Below are positions 1 through 9,604 of a stretch of 51,819 bases of DNA, piece after piece. The notes beneath the pieces are model-generated. The model was not told the origin of the DNA and did not search any database. It saw only the letters and a program-made list of their open reading frames with translations. The stretch comes from Nitrosopumilus sp. (lineage in GTDB: Archaea > Thermoproteota > Nitrososphaeria > Nitrososphaerales > Nitrosopumilaceae): contig JANQNM010000020.1 in NCBI GenBank assembly GCA_028279625.1, positions 1 to 51,819 on the forward strand, given 5' to 3'. Position 1 is the first letter of the stretch. Each line of letters starts with the position of its first letter. The translations under genes and the position numbers were made by a program.

Positions 1-447
1 GCTTGGGGCGCCACAGGAGTCAGAAACACTGGTGATAAGGTAGTTGCCGTTGACAAAATCAATGTCAGAGGTACAGATATTCCATTTGGACAATGGTATC
101 CTGATACAACTGTCACAACAACAGCCTTCCAGCAGGCATTAAATCATACAGGATGGGTTGATATTGATAACGGTCCAGCTTTGGTAAAATACCACAGTTG
201 TGCCCTCAACAATGAATACCTGTGTATTGATCTTGATGCATCAGGTACACTTGGTGATGCAGATGAAATAGCAGCAAATGCTGCATCAGGTCCAGTATCC
301 CTTGATCCAGGACAATCAGCCATTATTTACTTCAAACTAAACAATGGTACTGTAACTTCACTTGACTCTGGTGTATCTACAACTGTCAGTGTCTTTGCAG
401 GTAGTGCAGGCGGTCCACAAAGCGTAACCGTAGTCGGAAAATCCTAG
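1..447 (+). CDS. Type IV pilin/archaellin-like protein, 5'-truncated by the window edge
   Basis: Frame 1 is open from base 1 (AWGATGVRNTGDKVVAVDKINVRGTDIPF...) to TAG at 445-447, so the 181 start in the ORF track is internal. VRNTG..VDKINV.G resembles archaeal pilin globular domains, and the gene lies directly upstream of pilus ATPase, platform and peptidase genes. The class III signal peptide is outside the window. Confidence 0.7.
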   Translation, partial: AWGATGVRNTGDKVVAVDKINVRGTDIPFGQWYPDTTVTTTAFQQALNHTGWVDIDNGPALVKYHSCALNNEYLCIDLDASGTLGDADEIAANAASGPVSLDPGQSAIIYFKLNNGTVTSLDSGVSTTVSVFAGSAGGPQSVTVVGKS

Positions 448-473
448 GCAAGAGGATTTTTTTTAAACTTGCC
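438..473 (+). terminator. 3' structure/terminator of the pilin mRNA (hairpin or pseudoknot plus T-tract)
   Basis: aaaatcct 438-445 pairs with aggatttt 453-460; ggcaag 447-452 pairs with cttgcc 468-473; T-run at 457-464. Confidence 0.5.
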
Positions 474-511
474 AACAACCTTTTTCAAAATTCAATTCTA
501 GAGCATTAGAG

Positions 512-544
512 TGTAATATGATGTTTCATACTGTTCAATATATC
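512..544 (+). promoter_or_regulatory. Shared promoter element copy 1 (TGTAW-N10-CATAC plus TATA-like aatatat)
   Basis: 521-544 atgtttcatactgttcaatatatc is identical to 3576-3599 and ends 29 nt before ATG 574. Confidence 0.75.
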
Positions 545-573
545 CAAAAAATCAAAAATATAGAACGAACGTT

Positions 574-2109
574 ATGGGTAAAAAGAAAGAAGAGCAAGGG
601 TTAGAGACATTTCTTAAAAGTGAATTTCTAAGTGAATTAAAAAATGAAACACCAAAAGGTGTAAAATTAATTGAGAAATACCCGCTTAAAGCACCATTTT
701 GCTATGCAACAATTATTCAGAATCCTGAAACAGGAAATTTATCATATCAAGTGGATGAAACAAAATTAAATCAATCTGAACAAATAATCTATAATCAATT
801 ATATCGATTAATTGAAGAAAATCTAGATTCTCCTGAAAATATAGAGAAAGATTTCGGATTTCTTTCTTTTGTAAATAAAATTCTAAAAGAAAATGAAAAA
901 TTATTTCAGGAGCATCCTCTTGCAAGTATTGAAAAAGTAAAATATTATCTTGAAAGAGATATCGATGGATTTGGGATTATTGACCCCATAATGCAAGATC
1001 CAAATATTGAAGACGTTAGTTGTAGTGGAATCAACACACCAATTTATGTTTGGCATAGAAAATATGACAGTATTCCTTGCAACATTTCATTTGAAGATGA
1101 GAGATTAAATTCATTTGTATCAAGAATAGTTTTCAAAGCAGGAAAACACATCAGTTCTGCATATCCAATTTCAGATTTAGCATTACAAGGAAATCACAGA
1201 ATTTCTGTATTATATCAAAAAGAGGTTACTCCCAAAGGAACAAGTTTTACAATCAGAAAATTTAAGCAAGATCCATATTCTGTAGTTGATTTAATTTCAT
1301 TTGGAACAATTAGTGTAGATATTGCTGCATATCTATGGATGTTGATGGAAGCAAAAATGTCAATTATGGTTATTGGATCTACAGGTAGTGGTAAAACTAC
1401 AATTCTTAATGCAATTACAGGTTTGGTTGATCCAGATTACAAAATCTTTTCAGTTGAAGATGTAGCAGAAATTAATATCAAGCATGAAAATTGGTTTAGT
1501 TTAGTATCTAGAGTAGGATTTGGAAATAGCGGAGAAGGAGAAATTGGATTGTATGATCTTATCAAATCAGGAGTTAGACACAGACCAGACTATATCGTAG
1601 TAGGTGAAATTAGAGGTTCTGAAGCATATGTAATGTTTCAGGCAATGGCAACAGGACATGGAGGATTATGTACTATGCACGCAGATAGTTTAGAATCGGC
1701 TAGTAAAAGACTTCAACAAAAACCAATGGATATTCCACCATCATATATGGCATTGATGAATTGTGCAATTGTTATTAGAAGAGTTAAAGGTCAAGATGGG
1801 AAAAGTACCAGAAGAGCAATCTCAGTTCAAGAAATCAAATCTGCAGATCAATATCATAATGCTTTCAAATGGGATCCTAAATCAGACTTTTTTAATCCTC
1901 AATTAACAGACAGTGAGTTGTTCCAACGAATTTCAGAACAAACTGGAAGAGATTTTGATGAAATATTGGAAGAGTATGAGAAAAGAAAAATAATTTTGAA
2001 ATGGTTAGTACAAAGAGGAATCAGAAGTTATGATAAAGTTGCTCAAACTATAGGAAACTATTACAGAGACTCTGAATCATTGTTAAAAAAAATTGAATAT
2101 GGTGTTTAG
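574..2109 (+). CDS. Type II/IV secretion (pilus assembly) ATPase, VirB11/FlaI/TadA family
   Basis: Walker A GSTGSGKTT, Asp box SVEDVAEI, Walker B RPDYIVVGEIRG, His box TGHGGLCTMHA. Confidence 0.95.
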   Translation: MGKKKEEQGLETFLKSEFLSELKNETPKGVKLIEKYPLKAPFCYATIIQNPETGNLSYQVDETKLNQSEQIIYNQLYRLIEENLDSPENIEKDFGFLSFVNKILKENEKLFQEHPLASIEKVKYYLERDIDGFGIIDPIMQDPNIEDVSCSGINTPIYVWHRKYDSIPCNISFEDERLNSFVSRIVFKAGKHISSAYPISDLALQGNHRISVLYQKEVTPKGTSFTIRKFKQDPYSVVDLISFGTISVDIAAYLWMLMEAKMSIMVIGSTGSGKTTILNAITGLVDPDYKIFSVEDVAEINIKHENWFSLVSRVGFGNSGEGEIGLYDLIKSGVRHRPDYIVVGEIRGSEAYVMFQAMATGHGGLCTMHADSLESASKRLQQKPMDIPPSYMALMNCAIVIRRVKGQDGKSTRRAISVQEIKSADQYHNAFKWDPKSDFFNPQLTDSELFQRISEQTGRDFDEILEEYEKRKIILKWLVQRGIRSYDKVAQTIGNYYRDSESLLKKIEYGV

Positions 2110-2112
2110 ACC

Positions 2113-3561
2113 ATGTCATTTATCAAAAAACATGAATTAGAAGACAAGAAGAAAAAAGCAAATAAAAAACTAGAAGGAGAATTGCCATTTTTTATGACAA
2201 TTGTGACATTATTAGCTACAAGTGGTTTTGGACCTTACACAATTTTTACAAAAATCAGAGATTTAGAATTATTACCAAATGTTAGGATAGAATCACTGAA
2301 AATTTTAAAAAAAATTGACATTTTAGGAAAAGACCCATTAGTCGTTATGGCTGAAACAAAAGAAAAAGGGGCATCTAATTTTGGAGAATTTTTGAGTGGT
2401 TGGGTTTCAGCCATTCAAAGTGGAGGTGATGTTGTAAACTATCTTAAAGAGAAAATGAACAGTGGGTTTGAAATTTACGAAGCACAACAAGAAGAACTTG
2501 CAAAAAAAGTAGAGACATTAATTGAAACATATATGACGATGCAAATTGTCGTTCTTGCAGTATACATCATCATTACAGCAACATCAACAGGTGGAGTAGG
2601 AGAAGCACCAGGACCTGATGAAATAGATCCATTATACATGGTAATAATTATGCCGCCACTAGTTTCAGCATTTTTCTTGTTTTTAGCACATAAAGTTAAC
2701 AAAACCAAGACTAAAGAATTAGATTGGAAAAAAATCCTAACATTTGGAATTCCAGGAATATTGGCAGCTGCAGCATTAAATCCTATGAGTGTTCTTCCAG
2801 ATTACAACTTATACATACTTGGGGCAGCATTGATAGTTTCAGCTATATGGCCAGCTATGAAATTCAAAAACATGCACAAATTTTCATTAGACGCAGAATC
2901 TGCAACTGCACAAATTATGAGAGATGTTGCAGAAGCAAGAAAAGCAGGTTTAGGTCCTGAAAAATGTGTAATAAGAACTACGCAAAGAAAAGACTTTGGA
3001 GCATTTAATCCTGTAGCCAATGGCATAGCTAACAAGTTAAAATGGGGAATTAGTTTGGATGATATTTACAATTTCCTTAAAAGTCAAACTACAGACTTTC
3101 GAATTTTAATTAACTTCAAGGTCTTATTTGAAATCATTTCTTCAGGAGGAGGAAACGTTTACACTCTCAATACATTGGCAGGCGTTGCTGAAAAAATGAG
3201 AAATATTGAGAAAACAAAGAGAGAAAAACTAAAACCATATGTCATGGTAGGTTTTATGTTAATTGCAATTACAGGATTTACCACACTGCTTGTCATTGAA
3301 TCACTGACTAGTTTAGGAGCAGATCTTGAGACTAATGAAGATAAAAGAAATCAATTAGAAGTAGATGCAAAATCTAGGTTTGAATTGTTAGGAGTTGCTA
3401 TTTTAGTCCAATCTTGGATTGCAGGACTATTTTTAGGTAAAATAACAACGGGGTCATATTCAGGAGGGTTCATGTATTCAATTTTCCTCGAAATTGTTGC
3501 ACTCTCAGCAATAATTGTGATTCAATTAAAGATATTCAGTGTTTCAGCAATCTTCGGCTAG
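2113..3561 (+). CDS. Type II secretion system F-family platform membrane protein (FlaJ/TadC-like)
   Basis: Two T2SSF-like cytoplasmic segments (ELPFFMTIV..LATSG; SSGGGNV) alternate with multiple TM helices; starts 3 nt after the ATPase. Confidence 0.9.
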   Translation: MSFIKKHELEDKKKKANKKLEGELPFFMTIVTLLATSGFGPYTIFTKIRDLELLPNVRIESLKILKKIDILGKDPLVVMAETKEKGASNFGEFLSGWVSAIQSGGDVVNYLKEKMNSGFEIYEAQQEELAKKVETLIETYMTMQIVVLAVYIIITATSTGGVGEAPGPDEIDPLYMVIIMPPLVSAFFLFLAHKVNKTKTKELDWKKILTFGIPGILAAAALNPMSVLPDYNLYILGAALIVSAIWPAMKFKNMHKFSLDAESATAQIMRDVAEARKAGLGPEKCVIRTTQRKDFGAFNPVANGIANKLKWGISLDDIYNFLKSQTTDFRILINFKVLFEIISSGGGNVYTLNTLAGVAEKMRNIEKTKREKLKPYVMVGFMLIAITGFTTLLVIESLTSLGADLETNEDKRNQLEVDAKSRFELLGVAILVQSWIAGLFLGKITTGSYSGGFMYSIFLEIVALSAIIVIQLKIFSVSAIFG

Positions 3562-3566
3562 CTGTA

Positions 3567-3599
3567 TGTATGACAATGTTTCATACTGTTCAATATATC
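3567..3599 (+). promoter_or_regulatory. Shared promoter element copy 2
   Basis: 24-bp exact match to 521-544; forms a GTATGA-N7-TCATAC palindrome at 3568-3586; ends 24 nt before TTG 3624. Confidence 0.75.
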
Positions 3600-3623
3600 A
3601 AAATCTGACAGATTTATCACATA

Positions 3624-6215
3624 TTGAAAGCAGTAATACCAATTTTATGCCTATTGTCAGTAGCATTTGTAATTCCAGTTCAGGCTCAAACAACATCAGA
3701 ATTTGGATTTCAAATACATCCTGAAAAATTACTTGAAAATACTGAGGGAATCATACAAGTGTTTGTAACATCTAATGAATTAATGGTTCCAAAGCAAATT
3801 GACAATCTACAAGCAATAAGTTCAGATAATGAAATTATTGAAATTTTAGATATTGTTGATGGTAATGATCAATTTTCAAAAAATGTTTTAGTCAAAGCAA
3901 AAAAACCAGGAATAACTAGTATTGCATTAGCAGCTCCTGGTTTCTCATCAAAAGAAATTTCGATTGAAGTTTCCAATAACAATAATCACCCAACACAAAT
4001 TTTAATGAAAACAACTCCTGAAAAATTCCCAATTGATGGACCAAAATTTGGATATGTAGCTATAGAATTGGCAACAACTGGAGGACTTCCAACAATTGCA
4101 CCAGAAGACATATCAATATCTTTAGAAACACCAAACAACGACGTAATTAAGTTAAAAAATAGTGAAGTAGTAATTTCCAAAGGAGAATATTATGTTCTCA
4201 CAGAATTTGAAATTATTGGAACAGGAGATGCAATAATTTTTGCTGAGACTGAGGGGATGAATAAAATCAGCAGTATTGTAAATGTGTTAGAAGCCACAAA
4301 ACCATTGCAATTACAGTTGTATGTTTATCCAAAATATTTTAACAGTTATAGTGCAACAACAGGATATGCTATTGTTCAACTAATTGATGGTGAAGGAGTC
4401 CCAGTTTTAGCAGAAGAAAATATTGAAATAAATTTAGAAGTTGAAAATCCCGATATTTCAATAAATACAAGTCATGATTTTGAAGAAATAACATTTGAAA
4501 AGAAAAAACTGGTTATAGAAAAAGACAGTTATTCAGATTACACAAAATTTACTCCAAGACCTAACTTAGGAGAATTTACAGACCAAGCAGAACAATCTTA
4601 CAACATGTTTATCTCAACTGATGATTTTCTTACCAAAGGAGATAGTTTTACAATTTTACATGATGAGATTGGGGCACTAGAAGGAGAGGGGCCTTCAGTT
4701 ACTGAAGTACTGCCATTTTTGACATCAGGAAAACAAGAGATAATAGCAGTAACATACTATGAAACAGAAATTGAAGTATCTAGACAAACAGGTGGAAGTA
4801 CTCAAGGAACTACTAATCGAGAACTTGTCTCAGTAACAGTGCCTGTCAAAGCTAAAGAAAATCATGAAATTAACATTTCGTCATCAGAAATAGATACGGT
4901 AAATCCAATTAACCCAATAATGCAAAAAGGTGAAAGTGCAGTAGTAGTATTTGGTCAAACAGGTACTGTAGCACCAGAGGAAACAATGGAATTATACATT
5001 ACAGACAATGAAGGAGTTAAAACAGAACAAGCAAATCCAATTGGTCCAGTTGAAAATGATATTGAATTAATTGTAGAACCATTAATTCCAATGATTTTAG
5101 CTGAAAAAGAATTTCCAACTATCGCATTTTTAGAAGATGGAAGTGCAGATGAAGCGGAAGAAGTTGAAACAACAACTGAGGATGATGAGGATGAAGATCC
5201 CAGATTAGGAGCAACACCATTTATTGATGATGCAATATTGACATTTTCAGCTAATGAATTTGTAGATACAGATTCAGAAACTATTACAAAAAATCAACCT
5301 TATGCAGTGATGTCAATGGTATCAAAAGAATTAGGGACTTCAAAATTATCATTTCAAATGAGTGGATTTGATGGAGAAACAGACATTGTAAGTCACACCA
5401 CAGATCCATCAGAGATGTTTTTATCATATCCAAAAAACATTTTGTCAAATTCAAAAACATCAGCTACAGTACAATTGTTGGATTCGATAGGTAACCCAGT
5501 ATATTCTAAAGAAGATATGAAAATCAAACTTGTATCAAATAATGAAGAAGTAGTGAAGATTCCAAACGAAATCATAATTGAAAAGGGAGAATATTTTACA
5601 ACATTTGAACTTGAAGCTATTAATGAAGGGAAAATAGAACTTGCATTACTTTCTGAGAATTTTGATTTGTCAAAATATGATATCAATGTAGTTGATGTTA
5701 GCCCTATTTTAACACTAGATCTGGGAGGAACAATGAATTATAATGAAAGAATTGAGGCCAAATTGTCAGTGTCAATCCCCGAAATCACTACCTCATTAAG
5801 TGGTTTTGAAGTAGAATGGTTAGTAGATGGTGGAGAAGTAAGACAATTTGACGAGGTTACCAATGCAGATGGAATTGCAATAATGAATGTAATTGCAAAT
5901 GATAAAGAACAAGTCAAGATAACAGTATTGGTTTCAGGAAATGGATTAAGTTCATCTGAATTGTCAAAAACAGCAACCATTCTAAACATGCCAATAGCAG
6001 AAGTAATTGAAGATAGTAATGAAGAACAAGTTGTTGAACAAGTATTGCCAATGGATACTAATACATTAATTTTTATCATCATACCAGTAGCAGTTGGAGG
6101 AACAATATTTTTCCTTAAAAGAACAGATAGATTATACACAATAACAGAAAAAATTCCTATCGGAGACAAAATTGAAGAAATAAAAGAAAAGATTTCAGAT
6201 ATACGTGACCGATAA
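3624..6215 (+). CDS. Large acidic secreted, membrane-anchored surface protein with Ig-like repeats (pilus-associated)
   Basis: N-terminal signal peptide (..VQA|QT), three internal repeats, acidic tract DEAEEVETTTEDDEDED, C-terminal TM helix (LIFIIIPVAVGGTIFFL) followed by KR. Confidence 0.8.
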   Translation: MKAVIPILCLLSVAFVIPVQAQTTSEFGFQIHPEKLLENTEGIIQVFVTSNELMVPKQIDNLQAISSDNEIIEILDIVDGNDQFSKNVLVKAKKPGITSIALAAPGFSSKEISIEVSNNNNHPTQILMKTTPEKFPIDGPKFGYVAIELATTGGLPTIAPEDISISLETPNNDVIKLKNSEVVISKGEYYVLTEFEIIGTGDAIIFAETEGMNKISSIVNVLEATKPLQLQLYVYPKYFNSYSATTGYAIVQLIDGEGVPVLAEENIEINLEVENPDISINTSHDFEEITFEKKKLVIEKDSYSDYTKFTPRPNLGEFTDQAEQSYNMFISTDDFLTKGDSFTILHDEIGALEGEGPSVTEVLPFLTSGKQEIIAVTYYETEIEVSRQTGGSTQGTTNRELVSVTVPVKAKENHEINISSSEIDTVNPINPIMQKGESAVVVFGQTGTVAPEETMELYITDNEGVKTEQANPIGPVENDIELIVEPLIPMILAEKEFPTIAFLEDGSADEAEEVETTTEDDEDEDPRLGATPFIDDAILTFSANEFVDTDSETITKNQPYAVMSMVSKELGTSKLSFQMSGFDGETDIVSHTTDPSEMFLSYPKNILSNSKTSATVQLLDSIGNPVYSKEDMKIKLVSNNEEVVKIPNEIIIEKGEYFTTFELEAINEGKIELALLSENFDLSKYDINVVDVSPILTLDLGGTMNYNERIEAKLSVSIPEITTSLSGFEVEWLVDGGEVRQFDEVTNADGIAIMNVIANDKEQVKITVLVSGNGLSSSELSKTATILNMPIAEVIEDSNEEQVVEQVLPMDTNTLIFIIIPVAVGGTIFFLKRTDRLYTITEKIPIGDKIEEIKEKISDIRDR

Positions 6216-6260
6216 AAAAGGAGAATTTTTCAAAGTTTTCAAAAATAAGTTGAGTATGAA

Positions 6261-6956
6261 TTGATTGAAGAATTAACAACTTATGAAATTACAGGGATAG
6301 GGATAGCACTTGTAATGTTAGTGGTTGGTTCAATAATTGATGTTTGGAAAAGAGAAATTCATGATTATTTTTGGATTGGTTTTGGAAGTATAGGATTTTT
6401 AACAATTTTCATCAGTTCTGATATATTTTCAAATTTGTTAATGATTGGGTTTGCATTAATTGTAGCACCATTTGTGATTTTATTGTGGAGATTAGGCTTA
6501 TTTGGAGGAGCTGATGCATTTGCATTAATTGCTTTAGCAGTTATTGCTCCAATGGCAACAATAAATGACAGTTTTGTAACTCCATTTACAACACTATCTA
6601 ATGCAGCAATACTTTTCATAATTCCATTTTGTATCAATTTGATCAGAAATTTGATTGCAAAGATAAAGGGTGAAAATATTTTTGAAGGATTTGAAGAAAC
6701 ATCAACAAAAAAAATTGCTGCCATGTTGTTAGGCTACAAGGCTAAAAATCCCAAATTTGGATTCTCAATAGAAAAAACTGTTCAAGGAAAGAAAAAATTA
6801 GATTTAGCCTTGCATCATGCAGAAAATCAAGAATTTTGTACAGAGCCAAATACTTGGATTACACCAGGCGTACCATACTTGCTATTAATCACAGGAGGTT
6901 TTGTAATCCAATTGTTCTTTGGAGATATTTTGATTAGTGGTTTTTTAGGCATGTAA
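6261..6956 (+). CDS. Prepilin/preflagellin peptidase (A24, FlaK/PibD-like)
   Basis: Catalytic Asp motifs SIIDVWKREI and FGGADA, C-terminal WITPGVPYL motif, polytopic membrane protein. Confidence 0.92.
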   Translation: MIEELTTYEITGIGIALVMLVVGSIIDVWKREIHDYFWIGFGSIGFLTIFISSDIFSNLLMIGFALIVAPFVILLWRLGLFGGADAFALIALAVIAPMATINDSFVTPFTTLSNAAILFIIPFCINLIRNLIAKIKGENIFEGFEETSTKKIAAMLLGYKAKNPKFGFSIEKTVQGKKKLDLALHHAENQEFCTEPNTWITPGVPYLLLITGGFVIQLFFGDILISGFLGM

Positions 6957-6975
6957 AAATCCAGAATATTCAATC

Positions 6976-7008
6976 TGTAATTTCTAATAACATACACCCT
7001 CTTATGTC
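6976..7008 (+). promoter_or_regulatory. Shared promoter element copy 3, upstream of the TrmB gene
   Basis: tgtaa-tttctaataa-catac (6976-6995) has the same TGTAW-N10-CATAC spacing as copies 1 and 2, followed by cttat; ATG at 7032. Confidence 0.55.
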
Positions 7009-7031
7009 ATAATTGGATGTAACAATTCCAA

Positions 7032-7994
7032 ATGACAATAACTGAGGCTGTAGAAGAAGGAATGTTTCAAAGTGAAAATCCGATCAATGAATTAAACCGA
7101 ATGTTGGTTAGGTATGATTTAACGCCAAACCAAGCCAAAGTATACCTGTTTCTAAGTAAAATTGGGATTAAAACAGCTTCAGAAATTTCAAAAGCTCTCA
7201 AAATTCCTAGAACCGAAACTTATCATCTCTTGTCAACACTGCAACAAAAAGGGATAATTTTTTCAGTATTTGGAAAGCCAACTAAATTTAATGCCGTTGG
7301 AATTGAAGAATCATTAGAAATTCTAGTAAACAACGAAAAAAATCGAGTCAGTGAACTTGATGCAGGAAAAGAAAGTCTTGTAAAATTATGGAACATAATC
7401 CCAAAATATGGAGAAGATGAAAATGAAGATCAGAATAATAAATTTCAATCACTCCAAGGCAGAAATTCAATTTTAGTTAAATTAGAACAAATGATTAAAG
7501 AATCAAAAGAAAACATCCTTGTCTTAGGAACTGAGGCAGACTTTAAGAGATTCTATTTTACTGAATTCACAGAATTGCTTAATAAAACAAAATCAGATCT
7601 TAAAATTTTAACAGATCATTCTCCTGACATGCCTCATATTTTTGAAAGTGTATCTTCCAAAAAAGTCAAAAAAATCGAAGACAAAAATAGAGAAGATTTC
7701 TGTTTTATCATCAAAGATGATAGTGAAGTAATTTTCTTTATAAGCAATAATCAAGTAAAAGATATGCTTGCAGTTTGGACAGATTCAAAAGCATTTGTCA
7801 CAACTTTAAGATCATTGTTTAGTTTAATGTGGAAAAAATCACATCATATTGATGAAACAGATGCAGAATCTCTATTAGGTTCTGAAATTACATATGAACA
7901 TAGATTAAGAGAAATCGAACAAGAAAAAATTATCCTAAACTACTTACAAGAAAATTTTCAAATATTAGATAAAGATGGAGATATTAAGAAATGA
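7032..7994 (+). CDS. TrmB-family transcriptional regulator
   Basis: N-terminal wHTH LTPNQAKVYLFL..G.KTASEISKALKIPRTETYHLL..LQQKG plus a C-terminal effector domain; paralog of 50456-51304. Confidence 0.9.
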   Translation: MTITEAVEEGMFQSENPINELNRMLVRYDLTPNQAKVYLFLSKIGIKTASEISKALKIPRTETYHLLSTLQQKGIIFSVFGKPTKFNAVGIEESLEILVNNEKNRVSELDAGKESLVKLWNIIPKYGEDENEDQNNKFQSLQGRNSILVKLEQMIKESKENILVLGTEADFKRFYFTEFTELLNKTKSDLKILTDHSPDMPHIFESVSSKKVKKIEDKNREDFCFIIKDDSEVIFFISNNQVKDMLAVWTDSKAFVTTLRSLFSLMWKKSHHIDETDAESLLGSEITYEHRLREIEQEKIILNYLQENFQILDKDGDIKK

Positions 7995-8398
7995 GCGATA
8001 AAAAAGGAAAACAACGTGAAGAAATGCAAAGTTTGAAGATCCTAATAATTGATGATAATGAACAAATCACAAAAATGCTTACAACATTTTTGGAACTAAA
8101 AGAGCACAAATGTACAATTGCCAATGATGGAAAAGAGGGGTTGGGGTTGATAAAAGAAAATGAGCATGATGTAGTTCTTTTAGATTTAGCCATGCCTGAA
8201 TTTGACGGGTATGCAGTGATTAAAGACTTGGAAGAAAACAACTTGCTAAGAGAACGTAAAATTATTGTGTTTACAGCATCAACAATTACTCAAGAAGAAT
8301 TAGACAGTCTAGTTCAGAGAGGAATTACATCTTATATTCTAAAGCCAATTGACATTGACAAGTTATTGTCAAAGATTGTTGAAACTGCAAATTCCTAA
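7991..8398 (+). CDS. Single-domain response regulator (CheY-like receiver)
   Basis: ILIIDDNE, DVVLLDLAMP, FTAS and ILKP receiver motifs; ATGA overlap with the TrmB stop. Confidence 0.95.
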   Translation: MSDKKGKQREEMQSLKILIIDDNEQITKMLTTFLELKEHKCTIANDGKEGLGLIKENEHDVVLLDLAMPEFDGYAVIKDLEENNLLRERKIIVFTASTITQEELDSLVQRGITSYILKPIDIDKLLSKIVETANS

Positions 8399-8415
8399 AA
8401 CAAAAGGTGCATTAA

Positions 8416-9513
8416 ATGGCTCCAATTAAACATACATTATTTCTAGTATCAGGAGTATCAAGTTTCATTATTTTCTATATGGGAATTGTAAATTATTTAT
8501 CAGCAACGGACAAATCAAATGGAATGATTTTGTTGATATTTTCAATCCTAGTTGCGGCGGGTACTTTACTTTCCACAGTATACATTTCAAGAAGCATTAC
8601 AAAACCAATAGAAAAACTAGCCCATAACATGAGAGAATTTTCTAAAACAAACAAACTATCAAAAAAGAATCCAATCAAGACCAATGTTCAAGAAATTTTT
8701 GAATTAAATGAAAATTTTGAGACAATGGGAGAACAAGTAGAACAAACAATTGAAGTTCAAAATGAATATGTAGAAAAGTTAAAAGAAATGGATAGAAAAA
8801 AATTAGAATTTTCATCTATGGTATCTCATGAATTAAAGACACCTTTAGTACCAATTTTGGGTTATGTACAAATGTTACAAAATAAAGATTTGCTTGGAGG
8901 ATTAAACGAGAAACAAATGGAAGCAGTAGATGAAATTCATGCATCAACAGTGAAACTCCAAAGATTAGTTGGAGATATTTTAACTACGCAGAAATTAGAT
9001 TTAGGAAAATTAGATTTTACAGTAGAAAAAATTAGCTTTGCAGAATTGTTCAATTCCATCATCAAAGAATTCACCCCAATCACAAATGAAAAAAATATCA
9101 ATTTAGAATTACAGTTTGAGGGAGATATAGAGATACAAAGTGACAGTGATAGAATTAACCAAGTTTTTTCAAATTTGATCAAAAATGCAATCGATTTCGT
9201 GCCTAAGAATTCAGGAAAAATCACAATTGGAGCCACTGATAGTGACAAAAGTTTAGAATGTTTTGTTCAAGATAACGGAGTAGGGATATCAGAAATTAAT
9301 CAAAAAGACATATTCAAAAAATTCTATCAAATTGATACTTCTACCAGTAGAAAAAGAAGCGGTAGTGGTTTAGGATTAGCAATTTGTAAGGGAATCATAG
9401 AAGGTCTCGGAGGCAAAATTTGGGTAGAAAGTATTGAAGGTAAAGGAACAAAGTTTTATTTCACAATTCCAAAAAAAATTGTTAGATCTACAATCAAAAA
9501 AGACTCAAACTAA
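8416..9513 (+). CDS. Membrane sensor histidine kinase (2 TM, HAMP, HisKA, HATPase)
   Basis: H-box SHELKTPL, N-box QVFSNLIKNAIDF, G1 DNGVGI, G2 GSGLGLAI; HAMP region SITKPIEKL. Confidence 0.95.
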   Translation: MAPIKHTLFLVSGVSSFIIFYMGIVNYLSATDKSNGMILLIFSILVAAGTLLSTVYISRSITKPIEKLAHNMREFSKTNKLSKKNPIKTNVQEIFELNENFETMGEQVEQTIEVQNEYVEKLKEMDRKKLEFSSMVSHELKTPLVPILGYVQMLQNKDLLGGLNEKQMEAVDEIHASTVKLQRLVGDILTTQKLDLGKLDFTVEKISFAELFNSIIKEFTPITNEKNINLELQFEGDIEIQSDSDRINQVFSNLIKNAIDFVPKNSGKITIGATDSDKSLECFVQDNGVGISEINQKDIFKKFYQIDTSTSRKRSGSGLGLAICKGIIEGLGGKIWVESIEGKGTKFYFTIPKKIVRSTIKKDSN

Positions 9514-9604
9514 AAATCTAATTTTCTCATTTAACCTTTACGTAGAAAGAAACTAGATGAATACTACGCGTGCCTTATATCAAAAAATATCATTATGAAT
9601 ATCA

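Noticed and set aside
181-447. 88-aa ORF starting at TTG 181
   Set aside because: The frame is open from base 1, so this is the C-terminal part of a longer pilin-like gene.
521-3599. 24-bp direct repeat as a CRISPR repeat, att site or mobile-element boundary
   Set aside because: Only two copies 3 kb apart, both at promoter positions, with no integrase, transposase or cas gene.
1-6956. Archaellum (fla/arl) operon
   Set aside because: No FlaH, FlaF/G or chemotaxis genes in the window; a pilus is the more parsimonious call, although upstream genes are not visible.
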